NCBI RefSeq assembly: GCF_963921235.1
Contig: NC_086109.1
Span: forward strand, 29,390,001-29,454,000
Source: Mobula hypostoma
Lineage: Eukaryota
Length of the DNA stretch: 64,000 nt
Direction of reading: 5' to 3'
A model generated the notes under the pieces. That model saw only the letters and a program-made list of their open reading frames with translations, had not been told where the DNA came from and made no database searches. Shown in pieces: positions 38,590-52,344 of the stretch; the stretch's first letter is position 1, and each line of letters starts with the position of its first letter. The position numbers and the translations under genes are program-made.

Positions 38590-38758
38590 CCATAGTCATA
38601 GTCATAGTCATACTTTATTGATCCCAGGGGAAATTGTTTTTTGTTACAGTTGCACCATAAATAATAAATAGTAATAAAACCATAAATAGTTAAATAGTAA
38701 TATGTAAATTATGCCAGGAAATAAGTCCAGGACCAGCCTATTGGCTCAGGGTGTCTGA
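38590..38758 (-). mobile_element. Rex1/Babar family 3' tip (~170 bp)
   Basis: (catagt)n tail and UTR matching 4595-4752. Confidence 0.9.
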
Positions 38759-39044
38759 AGCTGCTTGTCTATTTTCATCTCTATGCTGGATGATGTTGAT
38801 ATAGCAGGTCATGACACTGGCATTCAATGACCAGCTTGCTGGAAATGGAAGAGTCTGAATATCTAGAATGGTAAAGGCAAAAATACAAAAGCAAAGTTCT
38901 GCAGGTATGAAATGTTGAAACAAAAAACACATTTCCAAAATACTCACTAGGTCTGGGAGCATCCATGGAGACCGAAAAATACAGTTAAGATTTTCTGGTC
39001 AATAACCTTTCATGATAGTACTTCAGACCTTTATCTGCTTTATT

Positions 39045-39325
39045 ATTTATTTACTTAGCGACACCATGCAGACTAGGCCCCTTCGCCCCTTTGAGCCATG
39101 CCACCCCAGCAACCCCACAACCTCAATTAACCCTAACCTAACTACAGGACAATTTACATTGACTAGTTATCCTACTTGGTACGACTTTGGACCGTGGGAG
39201 GAAACTCGAGCACCCGGGAAGAATGTACAGAGACTCTTTACAGAACAGCGCCAGAACTGAACTCCAAACTCCAGAAAGGTCCAAGCAGTAATAGAGCTGC
39301 ACTAACGACTGCGCTACTGTAGCAC
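39045..39325 (-). mobile_element. V-SINE copy
   Basis: tttggaccgtgggaggaaactcgagcacccgg. Confidence 0.6.
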
Positions 39326-40151
39326 CCATTATAGAATGATAGTTTTGCATGCGATGCCAATTAACAAGCTGATACTCATTGCCATGACACCTCCAAAAAA
39401 TAACTACTTGAGTGTATGGTTGACAGACACATAAAGAACTTTTTCCAGCAAGGACTCAATACCTTCAGGGTAGGAAGGGAAAAATGTGGATTAATTTGGA
39501 TGCAATATAATTAGCTGACATTGCCTTTGAAAGAATCTGCTTTCCACAGAGAGTAGAAAGATGAGATTTGAAAAAAAAAACAAATGTATCTTAATTCCCA
39601 AATATGTATCACCATTTGAAATGTTAGTATTCATTAGTGACACAAAAGACTGCAGATGCAAGGATCTGGAACAACAGTCAATCTACTCTGGGGTTTCAAC
39701 CCGCAAGAGATGATGCTCGACCTATGAATTCCTCCAAGCAGGTTTGTTTGTTTGTTGTTTAGTATTAAATAGCATGTGCTTTGTTTTGATTATTTCCTAC
39801 TCCAAATTTAGGATTCCACCAAACAATCCAGCATCCTCTTTGACTTTCTACCATCAGGCAGGTGACTAAAAACAACAGCGGTCAGTATGGAAAACAATTT
39901 CTTCCCTCAGGTCATTAGGCTTCTGAGCTCCCTGCCGCATTGTATTCTAAGTATCACTGGCTGATCTACTCTGTACCTTACAATATTAATGCACTTTAGT
40001 GTGTTACTTATGTGTGATTCATCTGTAGATTTTATCCTCATCTTCGATAGTTATCATGTGTAATGTGTGTTTTGTGTACTGTGCTTTACACCCTGATTTG
40101 GAGAAACATCTCATTTATATATATGCTATATGGTTATGTATATGGGTTATA

Positions 40152-40842
40152 CATAGTCATAGTCATAGTCATACTTTATCAATCCCGGGGGAAATTGGTT
40201 TTCGTTACAGTTGCACCATAAATAATAAATAGTAATAAAACCATAAATAGTTAAATAGTAGTATGTAAGTTATGCCAGGAAATAAGTCCAGGACCAGCCT
40301 ATTGGCTCAGGGTGTCTGACCCTCCGAGGAAGGAGCTGTAAAGTTTGATGGCCACAGGCAGGAATGACTTCTTATGACGCTCTGTGTTGCATCTCAGTGG
40401 AATGAGTCTCGGCTGAATGTACTCCTGTGCCCAACCAGTCCATTATGTAGTGGATGGGAGACATTGTCCAAGATGGCATGCAACTTGGACAGCATCCTCT
40501 TTTCAGACACCACCGCCAGAGAGTCCAGTTCCATCCCTACAACATGACTGGCCTTACGAATGAGTTTGTTGATTCTGTTAGTATCTGCCACCCTCAGCCT
40601 GCTGCCCCAGCACACAACAGCAAACATGATCGCACTGGCCACCACAGACTCGTAGAACATCCTCGGCATCGTCCGACAGATGTTAAAGGACCTCAGTCTC
40701 CTCAGGAAATAGAGCCGCCTCTGACCCTTCTTGTAGACAGCCTCAGTGTTCTTTGACCAGTCCAGTTTATTGTCAATTCGTATCCCCAGGTATTTGTAAT
40801 CCTCCACCATGTCCACACTGACCCCCGGATGGAAACAGGGGT
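40152..40842 (-). mobile_element. Rex1/Babar family 3' fragment (~690 bp) inside the AT-rich UTR of an older LINE (39860-40925)
   Basis: ORF 40394..40816 nearly identical to the C-terminus of 4732..5706. Confidence 0.92.
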
Positions 40843-41814
40843 TTATATATGTATATAGTTAACTATATACATATATAACTATATATGTATATAGTTAAAT
40901 GACAATAAACATGACTTGACTTGATTATTTGGAGAAACCTCTGCACTGTTAAGGCTGTGATCCTGAGTATATTCCACGTATACCACCCCCCAGCCCCAAC
41001 CCTGCCAACATAAGAAATGATCGGCTAAGGCCCTGCTGGAAACTCAAGGTAAACACAAGCTTCCAATCAGCAAGTGAATAAAGGCTGATGTTGGTGTTTC
41101 TGTGACAGCAGTGCAATGTCCACTCTAGAAAGTATATATATGGATGAAATGCACCATACAAGTTAGAAATTTGTCAATGTGCAACTGGAGAGAAACTGAT
41201 GTGAAATTAGAAATTAAAGAAGGAGTGTGATGTTCTGCCCTCAAGGAGATGTAAAAGTAAGTTAGGTAATCATCCTGCCTTGCTGGTTGGGGCTGAAGAT
41301 TCAACTCTTTAAGCCTGTTCAAAATTATATAGGAGTTGACTATGGATTTCTGAGATTATCAGGTTCCTTATGAACCCCAGTGGCAATGTACTGATGGAAA
41401 AGTTTGAGGGAAACCTGAAGATCTTCTTACAGTTAGTAGTCAGAGCTTGTATGCGTCGATGGGGTGAAGGGTGAAGGGAAATTCAATTAGAGCATTCTAA
41501 AGGGAGCAGGATAGTCATGGAAAAGCAAAAGAAATTTCAGGGCTACACAGAGGAGCAAGGGAGGATGCCTAGCTGTATTGTTCTTAAGTACAACCAGTAC
41601 AGAGCTGAATGGGTCAAAAGTCCTCATTCTGTTCTGTAACCATTCCATGATTCAGAGTCCGTTGTCTTGGCCAACTCTTGCCCAAATCTTGGAAAGTAAG
41701 AATGAGCTGCAGGCACACAGCCAAAGCTCAAAGTGAATTCATTATCACAGTATGTATATATCATCATATACTACTCATTTTCATTTTCTTGCGGACCTTC
41801 TCAGTAGAATAAAT

Positions 41815-42100
41815 ATTTGCTTTATTTTCACATGCACATTGAAGCATACAGTGAAATGTGTTGTTGGCATTAAAACCAAATTAGAGGGGGGGTGTGCTGA
41901 GAGTAGCCCGCAAGTGTCACAACACTCCTGGCACTAACATAGCATGCCTACAACTTACTAACACGAACCATAGGTACTTGGGAATGTGGGAGGGAACTGG
42001 AGCACCCGGAGGGAACACACGTGGGGAGAACAAACCAACTCCTTACAGAAAGTAGCACAAATCAAAACCCGATCTGTAATTGCTGGTGCTCTACAGCAAT
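41815..42100 (-). mobile_element. V-SINE copy
   Basis: gtgggagggaactggagcacccggagggaacacac. Confidence 0.6.
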
Positions 42101-42784
42101 AAAACTAAATGGACAAATGGAGGTGAAGAATATCAGATCTTAAAATTCACTGAAGGATTGTGTGAGTAAATTGTGATATAGGCCGTGTTAATTTTATGTG
42201 GTCCTCAGAATTTTAAGTCTGTGCTCACCTTGTGAGTTGTTCCATACTGATACAAACTTCCATGAGTTTCAAATGCATTGAAACTCATTTTATATTAACA
42301 AAAAACCTATCCCATTGGCAGATAATCCCACGCCTAATAACAAGCCGCTTGATAAAAGCAGCTTACAGCTGAGTATTTTTAGCACAGCTAATTTTCTACT
42401 GGATCAGCTGCTCAGGCAGCAGCCATGAAGTGTACGCCAAAGATACTCACAATGAGGTAAGAGGAGTAGCCTGCAAGTGAAATAGGAACATCGCATCAGC
42501 CCACAAGGGACCAGCATATAATCTGGTCTGGTGATCTGTCTGCTAAATTTATCAGGAGTGACCTTACAATGTATCTCTGATGTTAATAGATCAGATTACA
42601 ATTGGGCATCCTCAAAGGTTAGAGGTTATGTGTTCCTTGCTGGTCCTGAATCAGAATCTGCATTACTTTTAAATGAAGACTATAATAACTATCTTTTATA
42701 AAACAGTTATGCAAATTAGCAAACATCAAATTTCATAATTCTGCTGCATATTAACTGAGCAGCTAACCAGATTTAAATTGAATT

Positions 42785-42955
42785 TAAGTATTTAAGACAA
42801 GGTTGGATAGATTTTTGCATAGTAGGGGAGTTAAGGGTTATGGAGAAAAGGGAGGTCGGCGGAGGTGAGTCCATGGTCAGATCAGCCATGATCTTATTGA
42901 ATAACGAACCAGGCTCGATGGGCCAAGTGGCCTACTGTTTCTTATGTTCTTATGT
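42785..42955 (+). mobile_element. CR1 3' tip
   Basis: tttaagacaaggttggatagattttt...cagccatgatcttattga...cttatgttcttatg. Confidence 0.7.
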
Positions 42956-43502
42956 AAAAGATGTTTTTTTCTGGTTTTTACTATGTAATGCATAATTTAA
43001 GCTATTCTTGCTCTGGACATCTGTGACTGTCTAGAGATTGGAAAGTGGGTTTGGGAGAAGGGTTGTGGAGGGGAGCCACAAATCACCAACACACTGCATC
43101 AGAATGGTAAAATCAGATATTTCCGAGATAATAGATCTACGTTCTCATTCAGTTATAGCCGTGGAAATGCAGGTAATGAACAAAGAAACATGAGATTACA
43201 ATGGATTGTATGGGGTAAAATACAAAGGGGGTCAAGAGCAGTGGCAGTGGTTAAATGTGAGATCAGGGAGAACAGTCTGCTTTTTTCTTTAGGACTTCGA
43301 ATTCATGCCACTAAATTTAACTGAAAGATTTTTTAAAAGACCTCACGGAAGCCATGACGCAACAAACAAGAACAAGGTCAAATGCCCTATTAATCAACAT
43401 ATTTTTAAAAATCTCAGGAGTCCTGAGAAAGGGTCTCAGCCCGAAAAGTTGACTCTTTATTCCTTTACATGGATGCTACCTGACCTACTGAGATCCGCGA
43501 GC

Positions 43503-43505
<3 letters not shown>

Positions 43506-43543
<38 letters not shown>
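43506..43543. repeat. (TG)n microsatellite inside a PLE terminus (43415-43580)
   Basis: Direct reading. Confidence 0.95.
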
Positions 43544-43546
<3 letters not shown>

Positions 43547-44521
43547 TGTTGGTCTGGATTTCCAGCATCTGCAGAATCTGTAAGATGATGCTCACCAAGG
43601 ACAGTTTTGGCTGGCAATGTCAAAATCAAAATTTGGATTTCTCAGTTTTTAATTTCCTCCCTTTCCAATTGACAGATCAGTCAAGGCAAATTTCTAGAGC
43701 GGTCTTCCTTGTTTCACAAAGGCATTTGAGAAGGCTTACTTGTGTTTATACCAAAGTTGTATTTACATTGTAACACTCTGGTATCATATCAATATGAAAC
43801 CCTTAGCCACAAAGGTGACCTTCATTTAATCCAAGATTCAAACTAAAACACTGAACGTAAACAGCTTTGTGAAAAGCTTCAAGCCTGTCTAAATATTGTA
43901 TCTGGAACAGAGCTGTATTTATTTGCAAGAAACAGTTTAAATTAGCGGCTGCCGCATCAAAAGCTTACAGTAAAAATGTGGCTTCTCTGAATAATTCTGC
44001 CAGGTATCGGAAAACAATTCATTTCATCCTTCCTTTAAATAGAATCAGGAAGTAACTAATTATATTGATGCTTCTTGACATCGTTAGACTTGAACCTATG
44101 AACAGAAGAGAAAAATAGAAGTGAGCTTCTATTGCATTGCCAATGAATCACTCTTTATTTAGAATAATATTGGAGAAGAATGTGAGCCCAACTACATTTT
44201 CCATGTGACTCAGCAGTACCATTTCTTAGCTGATTGTATGGGTTCGTCACTTCTCTGCTTTAACTTCAGTGATTTTTTTTAAAAATCCTCCACCCACCTG
44301 AACACCCACACACACTGCTGCTCTTTCATTCTCTGGAATATAAGGCAATAATAACTTCACAAAAGTATTCAACAATAAAGGAGATTGTCCTCCATTTGTG
44401 GCTACAGATGCCCTTAAGGTAGTTTGTTCTCAGGGTTTTAGAGAGAGGATCATGGAGATACAACATGGAAATAAGCCCTCAAAAATATAAACTCAAACTG
44501 CATAAGAAAAGAAGAGCTGCA

Positions 44522-44708
44522 TAGACACAAGAGATTCTGCTGATGCTGGAAATCTTTGGCGACGCACACAAAATGCTGGAGGTACTCAGCAGGCAGCATG
44601 GATGGAGCGAAGTGAACAGTTGGCCCAAAACAACGACTGTTTATTTCCGTCCATAGATGCTGCCTGACCTGCTGAGTTCCTCCAGCATTTTGTGTGCATT
44701 GCTCAACA
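44522..44708. mobile_element. Imperfect fold-back PLE-terminus insertion
   Basis: cacacaaaatgctggaggtactcagcagg ... cctgctgagttcctccagcattttgtgtg. Confidence 0.7.
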
Positions 44709-46741
44709 AGAGCCACATATTGGCCAGAATTACTCTGACATCAGGAGGCACAAGCGACTGCAGATGCTGGAATCTGGAGCAAAACACAAGGCGCCGGACG
44801 AACTCTGTGGGTCAAGCAGCATCCTTGGGGGGAATGGACAGTGGATGTTTTGAGTTGAGACCTTTCATCTAGAGCAGTTACCCTGAAATCAGCCTGTGAT
44901 CGCACTTACTCCTTGTGACCATACAACCCCCAGTATCCCATCTAGCTCGCTGCAACAACCGTTATCAACGCAGGGTGAGTTTCAAGCAGTGACAAGGCTG
45001 CCAACACCAGAACTCAGGCCCTGCCCACGGACTACCTTGATGGATTTCTGAAGGGCACAGGAATGGAAGTCAAAAGCATGCCACCACCCACACTGCAGCA
45101 AACTGACCAAGAAACCACCAGCTGAAGAGGGGCTTAATCCTACTTACTGTTTGCCTCTGAACCATTTATTATTGTAGAACATAGAAGAGTACAGCACATA
45201 AACAGGCACTTTGGGTCCACAATACATGCCAAGAACAGTACCAAATTAAACTATACCTCTTCTGCCAGTACATGATCCATATACCTCATTCCCTGCAGAT
45301 TCATGCTCTGTCTAATAGCCTGCTTCCACTATTTCTCCATAGCAGCCTGATTTCTCTCTGTGCAAATAAAAATCTAGGCCCACGTATCTCCCTTAAAATT
45401 TCTCCCTCTTACACTAAGCATGTGTCCTCCTCTTTAATGATGTGGCGTTGATTTTAATGAATGCATTTTTAACAGGTGCAATATGTGCGGATGATCCAAG
45501 ACAGCTGGACATCCAGTTTTCGTTATTAGTTGCAAAGGTTATAAGGACTTAAAAAATAGGATAATATCTAGGTAAACAGTCAAGTGGTTTGCATTCTGTT
45601 TGAAAATGATCTTTTATAATCGTCATTTTAATCTGTGGGTCAACATACAACTTCTGAATACAGAGGAAGATGCAGGAAGGGGTAAGGACACTGGATCCCT
45701 GTTAAGCATTATAGCTTAGAAACTAGACCACACAGTACTGTTTATTTTCGTTTGAAACCACCAAAGTTTTATTTACCATGGATTAATATGCAATTACAAC
45801 CATTGCAGTGTTACTCTGTGTCATTCTGGAAATTGGACTAAATGCTTCCTGCATGAGATACATTTACCATGTCAGATGCTCAATAAATTATATCATTCCC
45901 CACGCAAGAGCAGCATAGTGGACCAGCAGTTAGCCACACTGCAAAACAACTGCGGTGACTTGGGTACAATCTTGGTCCAGATGATATTCTATGTGAGGCT
46001 TCCATGCTCTTCTTATGATCATACAGATTTCCTCCAGATGCATATCAGTTTTCTCTCAGGTCCAAAGACATGCTCATAGAATTACCCACTAGCACAAGGC
46101 GTAGATAATGTAGGTGAGTGACAGAAGAATGAGGGGAGTTAGGAAGTCTATGAGGGAGAGAGAGAGTAGGTTAGACAAATAGTTGGGAGAATTGGATTGA
46201 GAGGAATGATTTGAGGGTTGGCTGAGAATTGATGGGAGGACAGATGTCCTGTTTCTTTGTTATAAGAAATTACTATATCTATGATAATCAAGCCATGCTA
46301 TCCCAAGGGCAAGCATCATTACAACTTCCAGACAATGAGGCTCTTTGTAGCATGTGATATAACTGGGTAATATCGCAGGTTACAAAGAACCTCATTGCGA
46401 CATTACCTTAGTGTGACAGGTTGACTGTTACACCAAGGTGCGTTGCAGAATCAGGTTTAATAGTTTAATATGTTATGAAATTTACATTCTTACCTTCCAT
46501 TTTTCAGGCACCCACTAACAGGCAAGCACCATAAGACAGGAGTGTGAAAGAAATCGTAGTCGGGTGCTCCTTGCAGTTCTTGCGGTAGCGTTATAATAGC
46601 AGTACTGTCTGTGGACTACTAAAATGGCATGTAAATTTTGGGCTAGTATATATGGGCTGAGAATAGATGGAGTGACAAGAAACAGGGCAGGGCAATGATG
46701 GTCTTTTTTACTACATAGCAGGCAGTGGCCAAGGTTGTGCT

Positions 46742-47534
46742 TGTCACGGTCCGGTCCGTTGACTCCTCTTTTCAGTTAATTTCCTTTTCGTCGTGTTCCA
46801 CTGGGCTCCTTGATTAGGGCACCTGATCCTCATTCGAACCGGCAACATAAAAACTCCAGCTTACATCTACTCACTGCTGGTTTGTCACCTCAGCAGTGCA
46901 ACTATGCTTGTTTTGGGCCGCCAAGAATGAGTCGAGTCAAGAGCCTGTCGTCCGCAGTTCCTGGATCGAGTCAAGAGCCTGCCGTCCAGCTGAGTTTTTC
47001 TGGCTGTTTGCCACTTTACGTGCTACCCAGAGTCAAGATACTAATGAACTGTTATTGTTTGTTTATGTCGTCTTGTGTCTGGCTGAGTATTGCTGGCCGT
47101 TTGCCGCTGCTCCGAGCCGCAATATGTATTGTCTTTCGTTTGTTTTTGTCATCTTGTGTCCGGCTGAGTATTGCTGGCCATTTGCCGCTGCTCCGAGCCG
47201 CGATACGTATTGTCTGTCGTTGTTTGTTTTTGTCGTCTTGTGTCCAGCTGAGCATTGCTGGCCATTTGCTGCTGCTCCGAGCCGCAATACGATTTGTCTG
47301 TCGTATGGTGTTGTCTGTGTTCCAGTCAAGTCCAAATCCAGGCTTTGTGTTCCAGAAAAGTCCAAGTCCTGGCTCTGTGTTCCAGTCAAGTCCAAGCTGA
47401 GGCTTTGTGTTCCAGTCAAATCCAAGTCCTAGCTCCGAGTCCAAATCAACGTTCAAGTCTGCATAAGAATCCTAACCTGCTCTCCATGCCTGTGACCTGC
47501 ACTCTGGGTCCACTCCCTATGCCCCTTTGCAACA
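46742..47534 (+). mobile_element. Solo LTR (793 bp) with internal tandem arrays
   Basis: TGTCA...AACA ends; perfect 5-bp TSD gtgct; three 81-84-bp units (47066-47305) and ~30-bp units (47315-47430). Confidence 0.88.
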
Positions 47535-47861
47535 GTGCTGCAGTGGCCTTCATGCCTCGGCTGTTCACTAGGATTTGAATGAGGGAACTAGAGATAGCAG
47601 AATGCTCGAGGGGGAACGTCAGCTGTGAGGAGGATGCAGAGAAACTCCAGAGTGACTCAGACTCCAGATTCATTGACTGCATGAGTGGACAAACATAAAG
47701 CAAGTGCAGTATAACATGGATAAAAGGCCCAAAGAAACAGAAATAGAGATTATCGTTTGACAGATTGGGAAAGGAGAGAATGCAGAAAGATTTGGGTACA
47801 CTTTTACACCAATCACTGACAGCAAGCTTTTTGGAAAACAGATGTGGCTTTCAGGAGGAAT

Positions 47862-49656
47862 TAGTCATAGTCATAGTCATAGTCATAGTCATACTTTATT
47901 GACTCCGGGGGAAATTGGATTTCGTTACAGTTGCGCCATAAATAATAAATAGTAATAAAACCATAAATAGTTAAATAGTAATATGTAAATTATGCCAGTA
48001 AATTATGAAATAAGTCCAAGACCAGCCTATTGGCTCAGGCTGTCTGACCCTCCAAGGGAGGAGTTGTAAACTTTGAAAGCCACAGGCAGGAATGACTTCT
48101 TATGACGCTCTGTGTTCCATCTCAGTGGAATGAGTCTGTGGCTGAATGTACTCCTGTGCCCACCCAGTACATTATGTAGTGGATGGGAGACATTGTCCAA
48201 GATGGCATGCAACTTAGACAGCATCCTCTTTTCAGACACCACCATGAGAGAGTCCAGTTCCATCCCCACAACATCACTGGCCTTACGAATGAGTTTGTTG
48301 ATTCTGTTGGTGTCTGCTACCCTCAGCCTGCTGGCCCAGCACACAACAGCAAACATGATTGCACTGGCCAGCACAGACTCGTAGAACATCCTCAGCATCG
48401 TCCGACAGATGTTAAAGGACCTCAGTCTCCTCAGGAAATAGAGCCGCCTCTGACCCTTCTTGTAGACAGCCTCAGTGTTCTTTGACCAGTCCAGTTTATT
48501 GTCAATTCGTATCCCCAGGTATTTGTAATCCTCCACCATGTCCACACTGACCCCCTGGATGGAAACAGGGGTCACCAGTACCTTAGCTCTCCTCAGGTCT
48601 ACCACCAGCTCCTTAGTCTTTTCATATTAAGCTGCAGATAATTCTGCTCACACCATGTGACAAAGTTTCCTACCGTAGCCCTGTACTCAGCCTCATCTCC
48701 CTTGCTGATGCATCCAACTATGACAGAGTCATCCGAAAATTTCTGAAGATGACAAGACTCTGTGCAGTAGTTGAAGTCCGAGGTGTAAATGGTGAAGAGA
48801 AAGGGAGACAAGACAGTCCCCTGTGGAGCCCCAGTACTGCTGATCACTCTGTCGGACACACAGTGTTGCAAGCACACGAATTGTAGTCTGCCATTCAGGT
48901 AATCAAGAATCCATGACACCAGGGAAGCATCCACCTGCATCGCTGTCAGCTTCTCCCCCAGCAGAGCAGGGCGGAGGGTGTTGAACGCACTGGAGAAGTG
49001 AAAAAAACATGACCCTCACAGTACTCGCTGGCTTGTCCAGGTGGACGTAGACATGGTTCAGCAGGTAGACGATAGCATTCTCAACTCCTAGTCGGGCTGG
49101 TAGGCAGACTGGAGGGGATCTAAGTGTGGCCTGACCATAGTCCGGAGCAGCTCCAGAACAAGTCTCTCCAGGGTTTTCATGATGAGGGAGGTCAATGCCA
49201 CCGATCTGTAGTCATTGAGGCCGCTGGGACACGACGTCTTTGGCACAGGGATGAGGCAGGACGTCTTCCACAGTACAGGAACCCTCCAGAGCCTCAGGCT
49301 CAGGTTGAATACATGGCAAAGTACTCCACATAGCTGAGGGGCACAGGCTTTGAGCACCCTGCTACTGACATTATCCGATCCTGCAGCCTTGCTTGGGTTG
49401 AGACGTTTCAGCTGTCTTCTCACCTGTTCAGCTGTGAAGCCCACCGTTGTGGTTTCGTGTGGGGAAGGGGTATAGTCATGAGAGCAGGGTGGGGGACTGT
49501 GAGGAGGGGTAGGAGGGGAGAGTGGAATATGCGTTGGTTGGGGGCTGACAACAGATGGCTCATGTGGGGGATGGACAGGGGCCACAATGTCAAATCTGTT
49601 AAAGAACAGGTTAAGTTCATTGGCCCTGTCCACACTGCCTTCAGCTCCTCTGTTGC
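47862..49656 (-). mobile_element. Rex1/Babar family copy, 5'-truncated, ~1.8 kb, frameshifted RT
   Basis: ORFs 49088..49786, 48599..48940 (GAPQGTVLSP, FSDD) and 48027..48605; (catagt)n tail. Confidence 0.93.
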
Positions 49657-49932
49657 TACACCAATCACTGACAGCAAGCTTTCGGAAAACAAATGTGGCT
49701 TTCAGGAGGAAATAAGAACAGCAGTAAGACTGTTGTGATGCAGTGATGAAAAACTTTGGTGAGACCCCTTTTTGGTGTTTTTGCATGCAGTATTTGTCTC
49801 TTTCTCTAAGGGCAGTCTTGCCATGAAATGTAGGTATACTAGACTGATTTCTGGGATGGAAAGGTGGATGGCTCAGGAGAAATTGTGTTAATTGTGTTAC
49901 TAGAGTTTAAGAGAATGAGCGGGGATCTCATC

Positions 49933-50235
49933 GGGGTGGCATGGTAGCGTAGTGGTTAGCGGAATCACTTTACATCAACAGTGATCACCATTTGGGGTTC
50001 GATTCCTGCCACTGTCTGGAATAAGTCTGTATCTTCTCGCATCTGTGACTGTGTGGGTTCCTAACGGGTACTCCAATTTTTTCCCAAACTCCAAAGGCAT
50101 ACATTTAGGGTTTGTGATTGTGGCCATGTTATGCTTGCGAGCTGCCCTCAGCACAATCCTCGCTGGTTAGATTTCCACAAAATGACACCTTTTGATGTAT
50201 GCTTTGATGCACGTGTGACATCTTCAGTAAACTAA
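49933..50235 (+). mobile_element. V-SINE copy
   Basis: ggtagcgtagtggttagc A-box, ggttcgattcc B-box. Confidence 0.7.
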
Positions 50236-51107
50236 TCTTCAGAAACCTATAGAATTGTCATGGGACTGAATGGATTGTACAATGAAGGCATTCTTGATGA
50301 CTGGGGAGTGTAGAAACAGGATACTGAGTAAGCCATTTAGAACAAAAACAGAAATTCAGAAGGAATTCAGCTGGACAAACAGCATTTGTGTAAAGAGACA
50401 TCAGTTAACACTTTGGGTCAATGGCCCTTCCTCAGAGCTGTGGGAAGAGTAGAAGGTTTACAGATTTCAAAGAGCCGAGGACAGGGGAGGGAAGGATCAT
50501 ATCGAAACATCATATAGAAATAGATTAAGATAGATCAGATGATAAGCAAAGCGTTTTAAAGAAATAGGGTGAGAAAGGTACATAAGCATGATAATGGCAA
50601 ACAATGACAGAGCAATTTACCTGAAGTTGGAGAACGAACTGTGCATTCTGGAAGGTTGCAAAGTCTCCAGATGGAAGATAAAATGTTGCTCTTCTAGTTT
50701 ATGTTGGGCGGGCCTCACAATGGCAGTGGAGGAAGTTACATTCGGACAGGTCGGAACAGGAGTGGGATTGAGGATCGAAGTGGTCAGGAGAGAACAGCCA
50801 CGACTGCAAACAAGAAAAAAATCTGCAGATGCTGGAAATCCACACAACGCAAACAAAATGTAAGAGGAACTGAGCAGGTCAGGCAGTACCTATGGCAAAA
50901 AGTACAGTTGACATTTCGGGCCGAAACCCTTCGGCAGGATTGCCACAGCCACAACCATATTGAAATGTGGTGTGGGCCTGAACGAACAAGTGGCCTATAC
51001 CTGCTCAGATGTTCTACATCTCTATGTCTCTAAATTTATTTATCTTTCCTCTCTCCCAATCTCCCGAATACATCAGGCTCCAAAATAACTCCCATTAAGT
51101 ATTACCT

Positions 51108-51615
51108 CTGGAATCTGTGGAATTCATTGCTGTGGAGGCCAAGTCATTGGGTATATTTAAAGAAGAGGTTGATAGGTTCTTGATTAGTCAGAATGTTAAA
51201 GGTTACAGGGAGAAGGTAGGAGAAGGGAGTTGAGAGGGATAATAAATTAATTTATTTAGTTAAAGCACAGAACAGGCCCTTCTGGCCCTTAGAGCCATGT
51301 CACACAGCAATTCTCTGATTTAATCATAGCCTACTCACGAGACAATTTATAATGGCCAATTAAACTATCAACGGGTATGTCTTTGAACTGTTGGAGGAAA
51401 CTGGAGTACACGGAGGAAACCCACACGGTCACGGGGAGAACGTATAAACTCCTTACAGCAGCTGCAGGAATTGAACCCGGGTCACTGCTACTGTAAAGCG
51501 TCGTGCTAACCACTAAGCCACCATACCGCCTCAAATCAGCCATGATGGAATGGCAAAACAGACACAATAGACTGTGTGGCCTAATTCTACTTCTATGTCT
51601 TAAGGTTTTATGGTC
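51108..51615 (+). mobile_element. CR1 3' end with a minus-strand V-SINE (~51255-51530) nested in it
   Basis: aatctgtggaattcattgc...gttgagagggataat, resuming at aaatcagccatgatggaatggc. Confidence 0.7.
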
Positions 51616-52344
51616 TTCTTACTAATGATGTGTCTGGGGTCAAAACAACATCTCTCCACAGCCTCACATCCAGGTTCTACCCACTTAATCATACCCCACT
51701 CACAACCTTCTGATTTCAGTGCCTACACGAGGAATTCTGCAGATGCTGGAAATTCAAGCAACACACATCAAAGTTGCTGGTGAACGCAGCAGGCCAGGCA
51801 GTATCTCTAGGAAGAGGTACAGTCGACGTTTCGGGTTCACTGATAAGACCATAAGACATAGGAGAAGACTTAGGCCATTTGGCCCATTGAGTCTGATCAG
51901 ACATTCCATCGTGACTGATTTATTATCCCTTTCAACCACTGTCTTCTCCCCATAACCTTTGATGCCCTTGCTAAGCTCACTGATCACCCAGTAAAATGGA
52001 GATACAAGAGAGAGCAGACTTGGGAGTACAGAGCTATAAACAAAGATCAGTGCAACGTCTCGACTGGAAATACTGACTACCCCTTTGCCTCCTCAGATAC
52101 AGCCTGACCACTAAGAATCTTCAGCAGTTTGCTTTTACATTCACTAATCACCCAATTGGCCAACACCCACTCTCCCAACCTCACTCTGCTCCACCAATTC
52201 CTTGATTTTCCCTAAGGCCTCCTATTCCATAGGCCTCCTGATAGTGATCCAGTCTCCATTCCCACTCCAAGCCTAATTGCCTGAATGCACCCCAACCTGC
52301 GGCTGCTCACTTGGTCACCAATTCACCCTGAGCTCAGACCTGGA

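Noticed and set aside
46810..47456. Overlapping 120-196-aa ORFs in several frames
   Set aside because: Products of tandem repeats within a solo LTR
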